NCBI GenBank assembly: GCA_023554445.1
Contig: JAMJQQ010000119.1
Coordinates: 1,925 to 65,924, forward strand
Source: Candidatus Carthagonibacter metallireducens
GTDB lineage: Bacteria > Gemmatimonadota > Gemmatimonadetes > Palauibacterales > Palauibacteraceae
DNA: 64,000 bases
Direction of reading: 5' to 3'
The notes below the pieces were generated by a model, which saw only the letters and a program-made list of their open reading frames with translations, was not told the DNA's origin and made no database searches. Of this stretch, positions 38,915-48,543 are shown one piece after another (positions within the stretch are counted from its first letter, which is position 1; each line of letters begins with the position of its first letter). Both the position numbers and the translations under genes were made by a program.

Positions 38915-39895
38915 ATGAAGCGCGGTTCTCCGATCACCTGGGAACAGGTGCGTGTGGGTCTTCTGATCCTTCTGGCCCTCGGCATCCTGTCCGCCGCCGT
39001 GTTTCTCGTCGGCAATACGGGAAACGTCTTCGGGAGTCGCTATCAACTCGCGACGCTGGTGCGCTCGGCCGCCGGGCTGGTTCCCGGGGCATCCGTCCAG
39101 CTGGCCGGACAGACTGTCGGGCAGGTAGACCGGATCGAGTTGATTCCGCCCGACCTGCGAACCGACGATGGGAACGCAGTCGAAATCTGGATGGCGATCG
39201 ACGAGGACGTCAGGGAGCAGATTCGCACCGATTCGCGAGCACAGGTCCGTACACAGGGTCTGCTCGGAGACAAGCTGATCGATATCGAGCCCGGTTCGGC
39301 AGCGGCTCGGGTGCTCGTGGATGGGGACACGATCCCATCATCCACTTCCGTCGATTACGACGCCCTGATCGCAGAAGGCGCGGGAGCCGTCGGAGAGCTT
39401 CTCGAGATCACGGAAGACCTGTCCGAGTTGACCAGCGGGCTTCTGGAGGGAGAAGGATCTCTCGGCCGGCTGATTACCGACGATGCTCTGTACCTTCGAG
39501 TCGTCTCGCTGGCGGCGAACCTCGATTCCGTTCTCTCGGTGGCAGCGTCACCCGAGGCTCCGCTCATGCAGATGCTGACCGATGATTCCCTTTACGCGTC
39601 GGTTCGAGCGGCTGCGGATGCAATGGAGGAGATCATCGGCTCGGTCGCCGACGGTGAAGGAACGCTTGGACGTCTGATCGGGTCCGATTCGCTGTATGCG
39701 GCGCTGATCGGGTCCGTCCGCACGACCGATTCACTGCTGACGCGGCTCGCGGACGGCCAGGGATCCGCGGGACAGCTGCTCACCGACGATGCGCTGTACG
39801 AAGAGCTTCTGAAGACGGTGACCGACCTGAATGCGCTGCTCGCCGCCATCCGCGACGATCCCGAGCGTTACGTCCCGCCCGTATCGATCTTCTGA
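38915..39895 (+). CDS. mlaD: MCE-family substrate-binding protein MlaD, with a C-terminal repeat extension
   Basis: N-terminal TM plus MCE domain, then five or more repeats of the G(S/T)LGRLI..D.LY motif. Confidence 0.8.
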   Translation: MKRGSPITWEQVRVGLLILLALGILSAAVFLVGNTGNVFGSRYQLATLVRSAAGLVPGASVQLAGQTVGQVDRIELIPPDLRTDDGNAVEIWMAIDEDVREQIRTDSRAQVRTQGLLGDKLIDIEPGSAAARVLVDGDTIPSSTSVDYDALIAEGAGAVGELLEITEDLSELTSGLLEGEGSLGRLITDDALYLRVVSLAANLDSVLSVAASPEAPLMQMLTDDSLYASVRAAADAMEEIIGSVADGEGTLGRLIGSDSLYAALIGSVRTTDSLLTRLADGQGSAGQLLTDDALYEELLKTVTDLNALLAAIRDDPERYVPPVSIF

Positions 39896-39946
39896 CCGAT
39901 CTGTTCGAAGCCGAGGTTCGGGCCGGCCCTGTTCTGACGACGCCGC

Positions 39947-40465
39947 TCAGTCTTCGTGTCGTGCCAGATCGTGGATGGTCGCAAGGCTGAGAATCCGATA
40001 TCGGACACGTCCGCCCGGCAGGGTGATCTCGGCCTCTTCTCCACCCGATTTTCCAAGCAGTGCTTTGCCGATTGGCGACGCCATCGAGATCTCGGAATTC
40101 TCGAGGTTGATCACATCCCCGAATGCGAGGGTGTAGGTCTCGGTCACCTCATCGTCGAGATCCAGAACCTCGACCTTCGATCCGAAGCCGACCCGGTCCT
40201 GAGGGATCTCGTCGAGATCGATCTCCGAGATCTCCGACAACCGGCGTGAGATGTAATCGAGCCGGGCCCGCACGAGCTGCTGCCGCTCGAGCGCAGCCGC
40301 ATACTCGGAGTTTTCCCGCAGGTCGCCGAGCGCCACCGCCTTCTCGATCTCTCCGGGCAGAGTGACGTTCAGCTCGTGAAGAAGCGCCTCCGCTTCACCG
40401 TTCAGTTTGTCGATCAGTTCGTCAAGCACCGTTCGTCCGTTCAGTTCCTGGTCGGAGCGACCCAC
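39947..40465 (-). CDS. greA: Transcription elongation factor GreA
   Basis: GTG start at 40465 (MGRSDQELNG...). Has the GreA coiled-coil and FKBP-like domains (GDLRENSEYAAA...). Confidence 0.85.
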   Translation of the reverse strand: MGRSDQELNGRTVLDELIDKLNGEAEALLHELNVTLPGEIEKAVALGDLRENSEYAAALERQQLVRARLDYISRRLSEISEIDLDEIPQDRVGFGSKVEVLDLDDEVTETYTLAFGDVINLENSEISMASPIGKALLGKSGGEEAEITLPGGRVRYRILSLATIHDLARHED

Positions 40466-40474
40466 GCTCCCCGT

Positions 40475-40513
40475 AATGAAAACGCCGCGGGACGCATCCA
40501 GGGCGCCCCGCGG
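40475..40513 (-). terminator. Intrinsic terminator hairpin downstream of ssrA
   Basis: Minus strand reads CCGCGGG-N14-CCCGCGG followed by CGTTTTCATT. It lies immediately 3' of the tmRNA end and about 10 nt before the greA start. Confidence 0.5.
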
Positions 40514-40526
40514 TTCGAATGTCTGA

Positions 40527-40884
40527 TGGAGGTGCCGGGACTTGCACCCGGGTCCGCGAATCCTTCTTCCTCGGCATCTACGTGCGTATTCGGGGATCTC
40601 GTCTCGCGTCAGGCAGGGCTCCCCAACGGCCCGCCTTCAGCCAGCCACTACGGCTTTCGCCATCTCACCGGCTGCGGTCGCGGCGTCCGCCTCCGGCCAG
40701 CCCGATTTGCGACGTCCCTGGGACCGCCTCGGGCCGGGCGAATCCTGGGACGGGACGCGTTAGTTACGCGGCCAGCGCCATGTTGTCATTGGCACCTGAA
40801 AATTTTCCCGGTGTTTTACGAGGCCCGAGAACCTCGGCACGCTTCCTCGGATTCCAGTAAACACGTCGAATCTGAATCACCCCC
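40527..40884 (-). ncRNA. ssrA: tmRNA (ssrA), about 358 nt, tag peptide ANDNMALAA
   Basis: The minus strand 5' end GGGGGUGAUUCAGAUUCGACG matches the E. coli ssrA 5' end GGGGCUGAUUCUGGAUUCGACG. ...GCCUCGUAAAA... precedes the tag ORF GCC AAU GAC AAC AUG GCG CUG GCC GCG UAA (40793..40764). The 3' end GGACCCGGGUGCAAGUCCCGGCACCUCCA is a tRNA-like T-arm plus acceptor pairing with the 5' GGGGGUG. Confidence 0.9.
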
Positions 40885-40902
40885 ACGAATTCTCAAACAG
40901 CG

Positions 40903-40932
40903 ATAAAAAGCGGACCGCAATAAAGGGTCCGC
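40903..40932. other. GC-rich hairpin with a flanking A/T tract, immediately upstream of the ssrA 5' end
   Basis: Plus strand AAAAAGCGGACC-gcaataaag-GGTCCGC. On the minus strand it is followed by UUUUUA. It may be a terminator or insulator between divergent ssrA and ptsN transcription units, or part of the ssrA precursor leader. Confidence 0.35.
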
Positions 40933-41017
40933 TTCTGCTCCAAACACTAGTCTGCGCGCTTTGTTCCGTCAATTCGACCCGGGGATCGAGATGTCGAGGC
41001 AGGCGGCATCCCGTCTT

Positions 41018-41047
41018 TTGACAGTCGTTTCGTGTCTCCGGTATGTT
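41018..41047 (+). promoter_or_regulatory. Sigma-70-type promoter TTGACA-N18-TATGTT upstream of ptsN
   Basis: Direct read: cgtcttTTGACAgtcgtttcgtgtctccggTATGTTgcag. It lies about 75 nt upstream of the ptsN ATG. Confidence 0.5.
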
Positions 41048-41124
41048 GCAGGTTGCACTCCACCGTCGGTGGGGATTCAAACGATTCGAGGGTCTTGCGC
41101 CCTTTCGTGCCAGGGAGCCGATAC

Positions 41125-41586
41125 ATGCAGCAGATGCAACTCCGCGACTTCTTTTCGGAAGACGCGATCAAGCTGGATCTCGAAGCCGAGACCAAGGATG
41201 AGGCACTGAAGGAACTGGTGGGTCTTCTCGGTCTGGACGAGAAGTCTCAGGCGATCCTGTTCAAGATGCTGAAGCGCCGGGAGAACCTGGGATCGACGGG
41301 AATCGGCCGCCGGATTGCGATTCCCCATTGCCGGTCACTGGTCGTAAATCGCCTCAGAGTAGCTTTCGGCCGCAAGCCGGGCGGTCTCGATTTCGATGCG
41401 ATCGACAAGAAACCCGTTCAGAACATTTTCCTGATCGTAGCCCCGCCGCTCGAGGTGTCCAACCAGTACCTGCCGGTTCTGGGCAAGATCGCTCAGTTCG
41501 GCAAGGAGTCCGACATTCCGGAGCGCCTCGCGGCGATCGAGACACCGGAGGAGTTCCTCGCTCTGCTGGAGGAAAAAGGAGTCTGA
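41125..41586 (+). CDS. ptsN: PTS IIA-like nitrogen-regulatory protein (EIIA-Ntr)
   Basis: Start MQQMQLRDFFSEDAIKLDLEAETKDEALKELVGLL is at ATG 41125 with an AGGGAG SD. It has the mannitol/fructose-type IIA fold with a phosphorylatable His (IAIPHC). Confidence 0.8.
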   Translation: MQQMQLRDFFSEDAIKLDLEAETKDEALKELVGLLGLDEKSQAILFKMLKRRENLGSTGIGRRIAIPHCRSLVVNRLRVAFGRKPGGLDFDAIDKKPVQNIFLIVAPPLEVSNQYLPVLGKIAQFGKESDIPERLAAIETPEEFLALLEEKGV

Positions 41587-41590
41587 ATCC

Positions 41591-41947
41591 ATGCACCCGC
41601 AGCTCGAGCTTCTCCTGGAGCTCCAGGATCTGAAGACCCAGCGGAGGTCGCTCGCCGAGGACGGACTCTCGGAGGTCGAGTCGGCTGTGTTCGAATTGCG
41701 CCCCTCCGAGGCACTCGAGATTCTGGATGGAAAGATCGAGGAACTGGCAGGGCGTCTGGAGGCACCGGTCCGTGCCCGGTTTTCGGAAGTGTCACAGTCG
41801 CTGGGCCGGGCGGTGGCACCCGTGTTGAACGGGATCTGCTACGGCTGTTTCGTGGCGATCCCGACAGCATGGTCCTCCGAGGTCAGCCGGAATGATCGGA
41901 TCAACGTCTGTGATCACTGCGGCAGATTTCTCTACTACGTGGATTGA
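41591..41947 (+). CDS. C4-type zinc-ribbon domain protein (zf-RING_7 / DUF164-like, short form)
   Basis: Coiled-coil N-terminus, then CYGCFVAIPTAWSSEV...NVCDHCGRFLYYV. Confidence 0.6.
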   Translation: MHPQLELLLELQDLKTQRRSLAEDGLSEVESAVFELRPSEALEILDGKIEELAGRLEAPVRARFSEVSQSLGRAVAPVLNGICYGCFVAIPTAWSSEVSRNDRINVCDHCGRFLYYVD

Positions 41948-41954
41948 GAATCCT

Positions 41955-43853
41955 CTACTCCGACGGCTGATCGGACGCCACCCGGCCGGAACCCGTCCGA
42001 CGCGTCACACCGGTGCGATCGAGGTACTCGAGAAGGGGAATCACCTCGCGCCGCGACAGGTTGAATTCCGAACCGAAGGCGGCCGGTGAGGCCGGCACCG
42101 AGTCCGCCAGCACCCGCATCGCTCCCTCCCGCAAGCGCTCCACTTGCTCAGCTGTCAGGAAGAGTTGCGGCGTAAGGGACACGACCCTTCCCTCGCGCTC
42201 GAGCAGCCGGAGCAGGTCGTGCAGCAGCGCCCGGTCCAGGCCGTGCGCTTCCTCGATCCTTGCGGGCGAGGGTGGTGCCAGACCACCGCCTGCCAGCGCC
42301 CCGTAGACTGCAATCTTCGCCTGTTCCTCTGCATCTGTCAGTCTCGGGCGATGATCCGGGATTCGGACCAGGGGGCCTTCCCGAACGACCCGTCCTTCCG
42401 ACTCGAGGGCCCTCAGGACTTCTTCCAGCAGCGGACTCGCGTACCGGTCCGCACCCATCGAGCGCACGCTTTCGAGTGGGACACCAGGCTGCCGGGGCGA
42501 CCCCGCATGAGCATTCCGAATTGACTCGAGCACCGCTTCACGCGCCTCGTCCACGATATCCGTGGCGAAGAGCCTGTCGGACAGCACCACCGCGTTCCCG
42601 GGGCCTTCATCCGGATTGACTGGAAACCCGGTGTGCAGCGCCAGCGCTGACCGGTCGATCCCCTGACCGGCCGCGAGGCGAACTGCGATTTCAGTCGCCT
42701 CGTCGGGCTTCGCGTCGAGCAGTCGCATCCAGCTCGTGGCAGACGCTCGCCAGCGACGGGTCGGAGCCAACTCGGCGACCCGGCCGCCGCCGATCGTCCG
42801 CATCGGAGAGACGCGCCGAAGGACGAATCGATCACGGACCCGCAATGGGATCGGATCCCGTGTCACGAGAACCGCCGCTGCGGACTCTCCTGGCGCGAGT
42901 GTCCCACCGTCCTGGAGTAGTACGCGGGCCAACGTCTCACTGGTTCCGTGGTAAAGCCTCACGCGGTCCGCGTGATCCAGCCCTTCGACGGCCGCGGGCA
43001 GCAGGCGAATCCTAGCGCCGAACCTCCGAACCGCCCGCCAGCCGGAGTCTGAGACAACCATGTCACCCGATTCAACGCGCTCCAGCGGGAGGCCGGCCAG
43101 CGACAGCGCGCAGCGGGAGGCAGGTCCGACCGTTTCCACGTCTGTCCCGAATCGCTGGATTCCTCGCACTCGGGCCCGGCCCCCCGACGGCAGCAGCTGC
43201 ACGGCTTCGCCTCGCGCCACCGAGCCACTCCAGACGGATCCGGTGACCACGGTGCCGGCCCCGGGAATCGTGAACGCCCTGTCGATCGGAAGCCGGAAGA
43301 GATCGGTCTTCGGTCGCTCGACGACCTCGGAGGCTGTCTCGATCAGGGCCTCACGCAACGCCTCGAGGCCCTCTCCGGTCAGGACCGAGATCGGCAGTAT
43401 CGGCCAGTCGGAGTCCGAACCGAACCGCTGGAGTTCCTCCCGTACGGCGTCCAGAACGAGGCCCTGCCAATCGGCATCGACGCGGTCGATCTTCGACAGC
43501 GCGACGACACCGCGGCGAATTCCCAGGAGTTCGGCGACGTCCAGATGTTCAAGGGTCTGGGGCATCGGCCCCTCATCGGCCGCGACGACGAGAAGCAGAC
43601 GGTCGATGCCCGAGGCGCCGGCCAGCATCGTTCGCATGAAGTCCTCGTGGCCCGGGACGTCGACGAGCTCGATCTGTGGCCCCCGATCTACCGAGACGGG
43701 AGCGAAGCCCAGCTCGATGGTCAGTCCCCGACGCTTTTCCTCGACGAGTCGGTCGGGATCGATACCTGTGAGAGCTCTCACGAGGGAGCTCTTTCCATGG
43801 TCTACGTGCCCGGCCGTGCCGACGATCACGGAGCCTGAACCGGAGTCAGGCAT
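41955..43853 (-). CDS. selB: Selenocysteine-specific translation elongation factor SelB
   Basis: N-terminal GTPase (IVGTAGHVDHGKSSLVRALTG, DVPGHEDF). Its 632-aa length and the C-terminal winged-helix region are typical of SelB rather than EF-Tu. Confidence 0.85.
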   Translation of the reverse strand: MPDSGSGSVIVGTAGHVDHGKSSLVRALTGIDPDRLVEEKRRGLTIELGFAPVSVDRGPQIELVDVPGHEDFMRTMLAGASGIDRLLLVVAADEGPMPQTLEHLDVAELLGIRRGVVALSKIDRVDADWQGLVLDAVREELQRFGSDSDWPILPISVLTGEGLEALREALIETASEVVERPKTDLFRLPIDRAFTIPGAGTVVTGSVWSGSVARGEAVQLLPSGGRARVRGIQRFGTDVETVGPASRCALSLAGLPLERVESGDMVVSDSGWRAVRRFGARIRLLPAAVEGLDHADRVRLYHGTSETLARVLLQDGGTLAPGESAAAVLVTRDPIPLRVRDRFVLRRVSPMRTIGGGRVAELAPTRRWRASATSWMRLLDAKPDEATEIAVRLAAGQGIDRSALALHTGFPVNPDEGPGNAVVLSDRLFATDIVDEAREAVLESIRNAHAGSPRQPGVPLESVRSMGADRYASPLLEEVLRALESEGRVVREGPLVRIPDHRPRLTDAEEQAKIAVYGALAGGGLAPPSPARIEEAHGLDRALLHDLLRLLEREGRVVSLTPQLFLTAEQVERLREGAMRVLADSVPASPAAFGSEFNLSRREVIPLLEYLDRTGVTRRTGSGRVASDQPSE

Positions 43854-44583
43854 CTGCCGGACCCAGAAACTCCAGCGACCGGATCTGCAGATCTTCGGCG
43901 ACGTGGATTCGGATGAATTCCTTCAGCAATCGGACATGCCGGGCCGAGATCCCGGGCACAGCGATGTCACCGTCGACGGCGAGCTTCCTGAACACCGCGA
44001 GCTCCGCCGGCTCGAGCAGGTCACCTGAAGCTGAGCAGTCGGTACAGAGAACGCCCCCCTCCCGCGTGTCGAATCGCGCACGCTCGGAGTCATCGACCTC
44101 CCGGCCGCACGAGAGGCAGCGATTCAGGGCCGGCTCGAATCCGAGGACGCGAACGAGCTCCCAGATTCTCGCGACCGACACTGCAGTGACGGTCCGGGGC
44201 GGCGCCTGAACCAGGTCATCGAGCCCGCGCCGGAGAGCCGAGAACACACGTTCGTCCCTCTCGGCGGGGGCCAGCCGCAGCACGAGCTCGGCCAGCACGG
44301 AAGCTCCGGCGAAACGTTCCATGTCGGAGCCGAGAGACTGGCGGGATCGCACGAGATCGAAGCCGGACAGCGTGTGAAGATCCCGGTTCGGCTTCAGATA
44401 CAGGGTCGCCTTCCCTTCCACGAACGGCTCCAGCACACCGCTCATGCGGCTCTTCGGCCGGAGCGCACCGCGCGCGAGGGCAGAAAGCGGACCGTGGTCG
44501 AACGTCAGCAGGCGGAGAATCTTGCTGGTGTCGCCGAACCGGTAGGTCTGCAGAACCAGGCAGGACGTCGTGACGATGGGCAC
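43846..44583 (-). CDS. recO: DNA repair protein RecO
   Basis: 245 aa with the RecO N-terminal OB fold and a C-terminal zinc motif (CLSCGRE...CTDC). Confidence 0.8.
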   Translation of the reverse strand: MPIVTTSCLVLQTYRFGDTSKILRLLTFDHGPLSALARGALRPKSRMSGVLEPFVEGKATLYLKPNRDLHTLSGFDLVRSRQSLGSDMERFAGASVLAELVLRLAPAERDERVFSALRRGLDDLVQAPPRTVTAVSVARIWELVRVLGFEPALNRCLSCGREVDDSERARFDTREGGVLCTDCSASGDLLEPAELAVFRKLAVDGDIAVPGISARHVRLLKEFIRIHVAEDLQIRSLEFLGPADA

Positions 44584-44636
44584 GGCGCAAAGCTAAGAAC
44601 CGGATGCCGGGGCGGCAATTACGACCGGGACGAAGC

Positions 44637-45800
44637 TCAGTCCCGAACTCCGATGTCCGTCGTTCCGAATCCCGAACCGGTCTCCGAGATCGCCGTGCCG
44701 TCGGGATTGAGCAGCAGCATCCTGCCCGGGGCGTCGGTACGGAACGTGGAACATACGATCCGCCCGTCGGGCAGCGCCGTTGCGGTCCAACAATCGACCC
44801 GAGCATCGGATCCGTCTCGGGTCTCGACTGGATTCGAGGGCCCACGATCGAAGCTGCCGCTCTGCGGATCGAACCGCAGCAGAGCCAGTGACAGGTAATC
44901 CTCGGTCGTCGTGACATAGACCTTTCCGTCGGCTCCGAGCGCCAGGTTCACGCCATTCGCATCGAGCGTTCGGCTCGATATGACCTGACGCGAGTCGGGA
45001 TCTATGGTGACCAGCGCCCCGTCGGAATTCGGGGCGAAGGTGGTCGGATCGAAGGTTCCGCCGGCCAGGACGATCAGACGGTTCCCTGCGAGCAGCGCGT
45101 CCGCCGGGTTCGGCGCGTCGGCGGGAAGCTCGATCACGGCCAGAGGCGCGCCCGCCCGGCTCAGAACGACGACGCGCCCCCTGCCGAGCGGCTCGTAGGT
45201 TCCGCCATCGTCGTCGAGGTTCGCATCGATCGCGAAGAGCTCGTCTCCAGCGGGCACGACGCGTTCGACGAAGGTCCCCACATCGGTCGCGACGGTCGTG
45301 GCCACGCCGGCGCCCGGCGATAACCTGTACACGGCGTCGCTGCCCCGTCCGCCCACCCACAGAACGCCTTCCGGATCGAATCCCGCCCGCGAGGGATTCA
45401 CCAGGGCCGGCTCGGGTCCGGGAAACACCGCTTCCGCGACCAAGCCATCGGACAGATCGACGAGCACCACGCGACTGCCGCCGAAACTGCTTACGGTGCT
45501 CGCAGCGATCGAACCGTGGAGTGCCACTCCCACCCCGTCGAAACCGGCGCCGAGATCCACCGGAGACCCGGCAGGAATGACGGAATTGCCGCTGACCCGA
45601 AACGGAGCGAGGGTCTGCCCGGTCGAATTGAGAGCCACGAGGTCTGCTTCGACACCGGGAGTCGGACCGGTGGGTTCGTCGTCACCGCACCCGGCGGGGA
45701 GCCCGGCGAGCAGGAGAATCGAAACGACAGTGAATCGGTCGCGGGCAAGCCACCGTACGAGACGGAAATGAGACCCTGCAGCTCGAGGAGCGTCCGACAT
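44637..45800 (-). CDS. Lipoprotein with beta-propeller-like repeats; putative surface B12-binding accessory protein (BtuG-like)
   Basis: Start MSDAPRAAGSHFRLVRWLARDRFTVVSILLLAGLPAGCGDD at 45800 with a GGAAAGGA SD and lipobox. Repeated Gly/Asp-rich blade-like segments. It is the last gene of the riboswitch-led B12 uptake operon, directly after the TonB-dependent receptor. Confidence 0.6.
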   Translation of the reverse strand: MSDAPRAAGSHFRLVRWLARDRFTVVSILLLAGLPAGCGDDEPTGPTPGVEADLVALNSTGQTLAPFRVSGNSVIPAGSPVDLGAGFDGVGVALHGSIAASTVSSFGGSRVVLVDLSDGLVAEAVFPGPEPALVNPSRAGFDPEGVLWVGGRGSDAVYRLSPGAGVATTVATDVGTFVERVVPAGDELFAIDANLDDDGGTYEPLGRGRVVVLSRAGAPLAVIELPADAPNPADALLAGNRLIVLAGGTFDPTTFAPNSDGALVTIDPDSRQVISSRTLDANGVNLALGADGKVYVTTTEDYLSLALLRFDPQSGSFDRGPSNPVETRDGSDARVDCWTATALPDGRIVCSTFRTDAPGRMLLLNPDGTAISETGSGFGTTDIGVRD

Positions 45801-45856
45801 GTGGCTGTCCTTTCCCGGGCCGATCGTCGAATCCCGTAACAGCGAAGTGGATGGCA

Positions 45857-47734
45857 TCAGCGATATCTGACCGTGAGCGAGAGGCGACGTCCAGGCTCGG
45901 GGTGCAGCTCCACGAGCTCGTAGTAACGATCGAGCAGGTTGTCGACCCTGCCCTCGACCTCGAAGCCGGCAACCCCGAGCGTGGGTTTCCAGGCGACAGC
46001 GAAATCCGCGGTCGCGAATCCCGGTAGCGACCGGGTGCCGGCGACCGTCGTGGTTCGCGATCCTGTCCAGCGGACCCAGGCCCGGATCGAGAGACGCGTC
46101 GACCACCGCTGGAGACCGAGCGTCGCCGCGGTGCCGGGGCGATACGGCACGGGATTCTGATTCGACCCGAATCCGAGTCGGCTGTGATCCAGGGTGGCGG
46201 CTGCGCTCAATCCCCAGCCGGCCGAGCGGGTTCGCTGCGTAGAAACCTCGACCGAGCCTTCGACCCCGTAGCTGACCAGCCTGTCCAGGTTGCGAGGCGT
46301 CCACAGGGCCGCCGCGCTCGCCAGCCATACGATCGGATCTTCGGTCTGCCGGTACCAGCCGGAGATTCCTCCGGACAGTTCGTATCCGCCCGCGTCACTG
46401 CTTCCCTCCAGGCCCATCTCTGCGTCGAGAATGACACGCTCGGGCTCGAGATCCGGATTCGAGCGAACGCGCAATCCCGGCGAGAAATTCAGATCTGCGA
46501 GGGTCGGCATGCGAAATGCCTGTCCTGCCCTGGCACGCAGGGCGATGCGTGAGCCGACGGGGACGCGCAGCCCGATCTCCGGGCTCACCGCCGCCCCTTC
46601 GGCCGTGCCGTCGATCGAAATGGCCGGACGCACGAGAAATGACTCGACAGAGAAGGAGCGGGCCGCCGACCCGCCGATCATCAGCCGCCGGACCTCTCCG
46701 GAGAGGTCATCGCCCTCGAGGCTCTCCAGCGAAAAGCGGCCGGCCAGTTCCAGCCTCTCCGGGCCTCCGGTCCTCGTCTCGACTCCGGCACCGAGAATCC
46801 GCGCGTCCCGAGTGGTGGTCTGCCCACCGCCTGTCCCCATATCCCAGTCGGAGGTGGACCAACCGAACCGTCCGGATATCCCGATACGGCTTCCCTCCCA
46901 CCCCAGCGAGGCGACCGCTCTTCCCTCCTTCCACCGCGCCCTGTCGAACAGTCGGTTCCCCATGGGACCCGGGCTCCCTCGCTCGACGGCATCGTACCGG
47001 AACCCGAGGCGGGTTCGCCCGCGCGAAGCGGAGGACGCGATCGAGAAGCGCGAGCCGTCGGTATTCGTGCGTGTTTCGACGGGAGAACCCGGAACCAGGC
47101 GATTCTCGAAGGAAAAGTCGTTCTCGGCGTGGTCCGCCGAGATCGAGAGTGAGGCCCTGCCAGCGGTTCCCGATCCGGCGACCTGAACCTCGCCTCCGAA
47201 GCCCCCGAACGACGACACCCGGAGTGCGCCTGTCGCCTCGGACGCGCGCGCTTCTCGGGAGCTGAGGAGCAATACGCCTGCCATCGCTCCGGTACCGTAG
47301 CGTGCGGAAGAGGCGCCGCGAACGAGCGTCGCCGAACTGAGCGTCCCGATAGGGACCGTCGACAGATCCGCCCGCCCGGTCATCGGATCGTTCAGCGGAT
47401 GTCCGTCGAGCAGGACGAGAACGCCCTCCGGGCGACTGCCCCGAACGCTGATGAACTCCCCTCCCGCCAGCGCCGAGCCTCTCGTGGAGGATCCGGAAAC
47501 GCTCGACAGCCACTCGCCGAGATCGCGCCACGGGACCGGTGCACCGTCGAACTGCACCTCCGACACGGACCGAGTGAGAGACTCATCCCCAGGCCGCCAG
47601 CGAACGGTCGCTTCGATGGCGGGGAGCACCAGGGGATCGGCAGGTCGATCCTCCTCTTGCGTCAGACCGCTCCCAGGAATCGCGATGACCAGGGCAATAC
47701 ACCCGGTGAGAGAGCGGAACGGCCGCCGCCTCAT
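45857..47734 (-). CDS. TonB-dependent outer-membrane receptor (BtuB-like)
   Basis: Signal peptide, plug domain (VRGSRPEGVLVLLDGHPLND) and beta-barrel. It lies in an operon with a B12 riboswitch. Confidence 0.85.
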   Translation of the reverse strand: MRRRPFRSLTGCIALVIAIPGSGLTQEEDRPADPLVLPAIEATVRWRPGDESLTRSVSEVQFDGAPVPWRDLGEWLSSVSGSSTRGSALAGGEFISVRGSRPEGVLVLLDGHPLNDPMTGRADLSTVPIGTLSSATLVRGASSARYGTGAMAGVLLLSSREARASEATGALRVSSFGGFGGEVQVAGSGTAGRASLSISADHAENDFSFENRLVPGSPVETRTNTDGSRFSIASSASRGRTRLGFRYDAVERGSPGPMGNRLFDRARWKEGRAVASLGWEGSRIGISGRFGWSTSDWDMGTGGGQTTTRDARILGAGVETRTGGPERLELAGRFSLESLEGDDLSGEVRRLMIGGSAARSFSVESFLVRPAISIDGTAEGAAVSPEIGLRVPVGSRIALRARAGQAFRMPTLADLNFSPGLRVRSNPDLEPERVILDAEMGLEGSSDAGGYELSGGISGWYRQTEDPIVWLASAAALWTPRNLDRLVSYGVEGSVEVSTQRTRSAGWGLSAAATLDHSRLGFGSNQNPVPYRPGTAATLGLQRWSTRLSIRAWVRWTGSRTTTVAGTRSLPGFATADFAVAWKPTLGVAGFEVEGRVDNLLDRYYELVELHPEPGRRLSLTVRYR

Positions 47735-48543
47735 CTCGGTCGCCCACCAGCATTCGAGTCCCCATCCGGCGCTACGGGAATGGCGAACCGCCCCAGCTCG
47801 CCGAGGTCCCGCACGTCCACCGCGCAGCCGAATGCCGCACCCAGCCGCTCTGCCGTGAACACTTCCTGCGGCGTGCCTGTGGCGGCCACACGTCCATCCG
47901 ACAACAGCACGACCCGATCCGAAAACCGGCTGGCGAGGTTCAAGTGATGCGTGACAGTAATCGTCGTAAGCGACTTTTCCCTCGTCAGTTGGGCAATCTG
48001 ACGAAAGGTGTTGTACTCGTGGGCGAGGTCGAGGTGCGCGACCGGCTCGTCCAGCAGCAGCGTGTCAGCCTGCTGCGCCAGGGCCCGAGCCAATCGTGCC
48101 CGCTGCAGCTCGCCCGCCGACAGGGTGAACAGATAGCGCTCGGAGAACTCATCGAGCCCGACTTCCCGGAGGGATGTCGCCACGATGTCCCGGTCGGAGT
48201 CACCGGCGGGACGCCAGGACCCCAGATGAGGATGCCGCCCCATGGCTACGAGCTCGCGCACTTTCAGCGGAAAGGCGAATTCCTCCGTCGCCGATACGAG
48301 CGCCACGCGCCGCGCCAGCTCCCGCCGCGGCCATTCCATGCTGGGCCGCCCCTCGAAGCGCGCCTGTCCGGAGTCGGGGCGGAGGATTCCGAGCAGGGCG
48401 CGCAGCAACGTGCTCTTCCCTGCTCCATTGGGCCCGAGCACCGAGGTATGTACGCCCGGTTCGAAGACCAGGCTGACATCGCGAAGCGCCGGCTCTCCCG
48501 CTTCGCCGTAGCGGACGGTCAGGTTCTCCACCTGGAAGCTCAA
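47731..48543 (-). CDS. ABC transporter ATP-binding protein (FecE/BtuD/HmuV type)
   Basis: TTG 48543 gives (M)SFQVENLTVRYG. Has Walker A (GPNGAGKST) and signature (LSAGELQRARLARAL). Confidence 0.8.
   Translation of the reverse strand: MSFQVENLTVRYGEAGEPALRDVSLVFEPGVHTSVLGPNGAGKSTLLRALLGILRPDSGQARFEGRPSMEWPRRELARRVALVSATEEFAFPLKVRELVAMGRHPHLGSWRPAGDSDRDIVATSLREVGLDEFSERYLFTLSAGELQRARLARALAQQADTLLLDEPVAHLDLAHEYNTFRQIAQLTREKSLTTITVTHHLNLASRFSDRVVLLSDGRVAATGTPQEVFTAERLGAAFGCAVDVRDLGELGRFAIPVAPDGDSNAGGRPR

Noticed and set aside
40376-40906. 176-aa plus-strand ORF and several small ORFs between greA and ptsN
   Set aside because: This region is the tmRNA gene on the opposite strand. The ORFs are translations of structured RNA.
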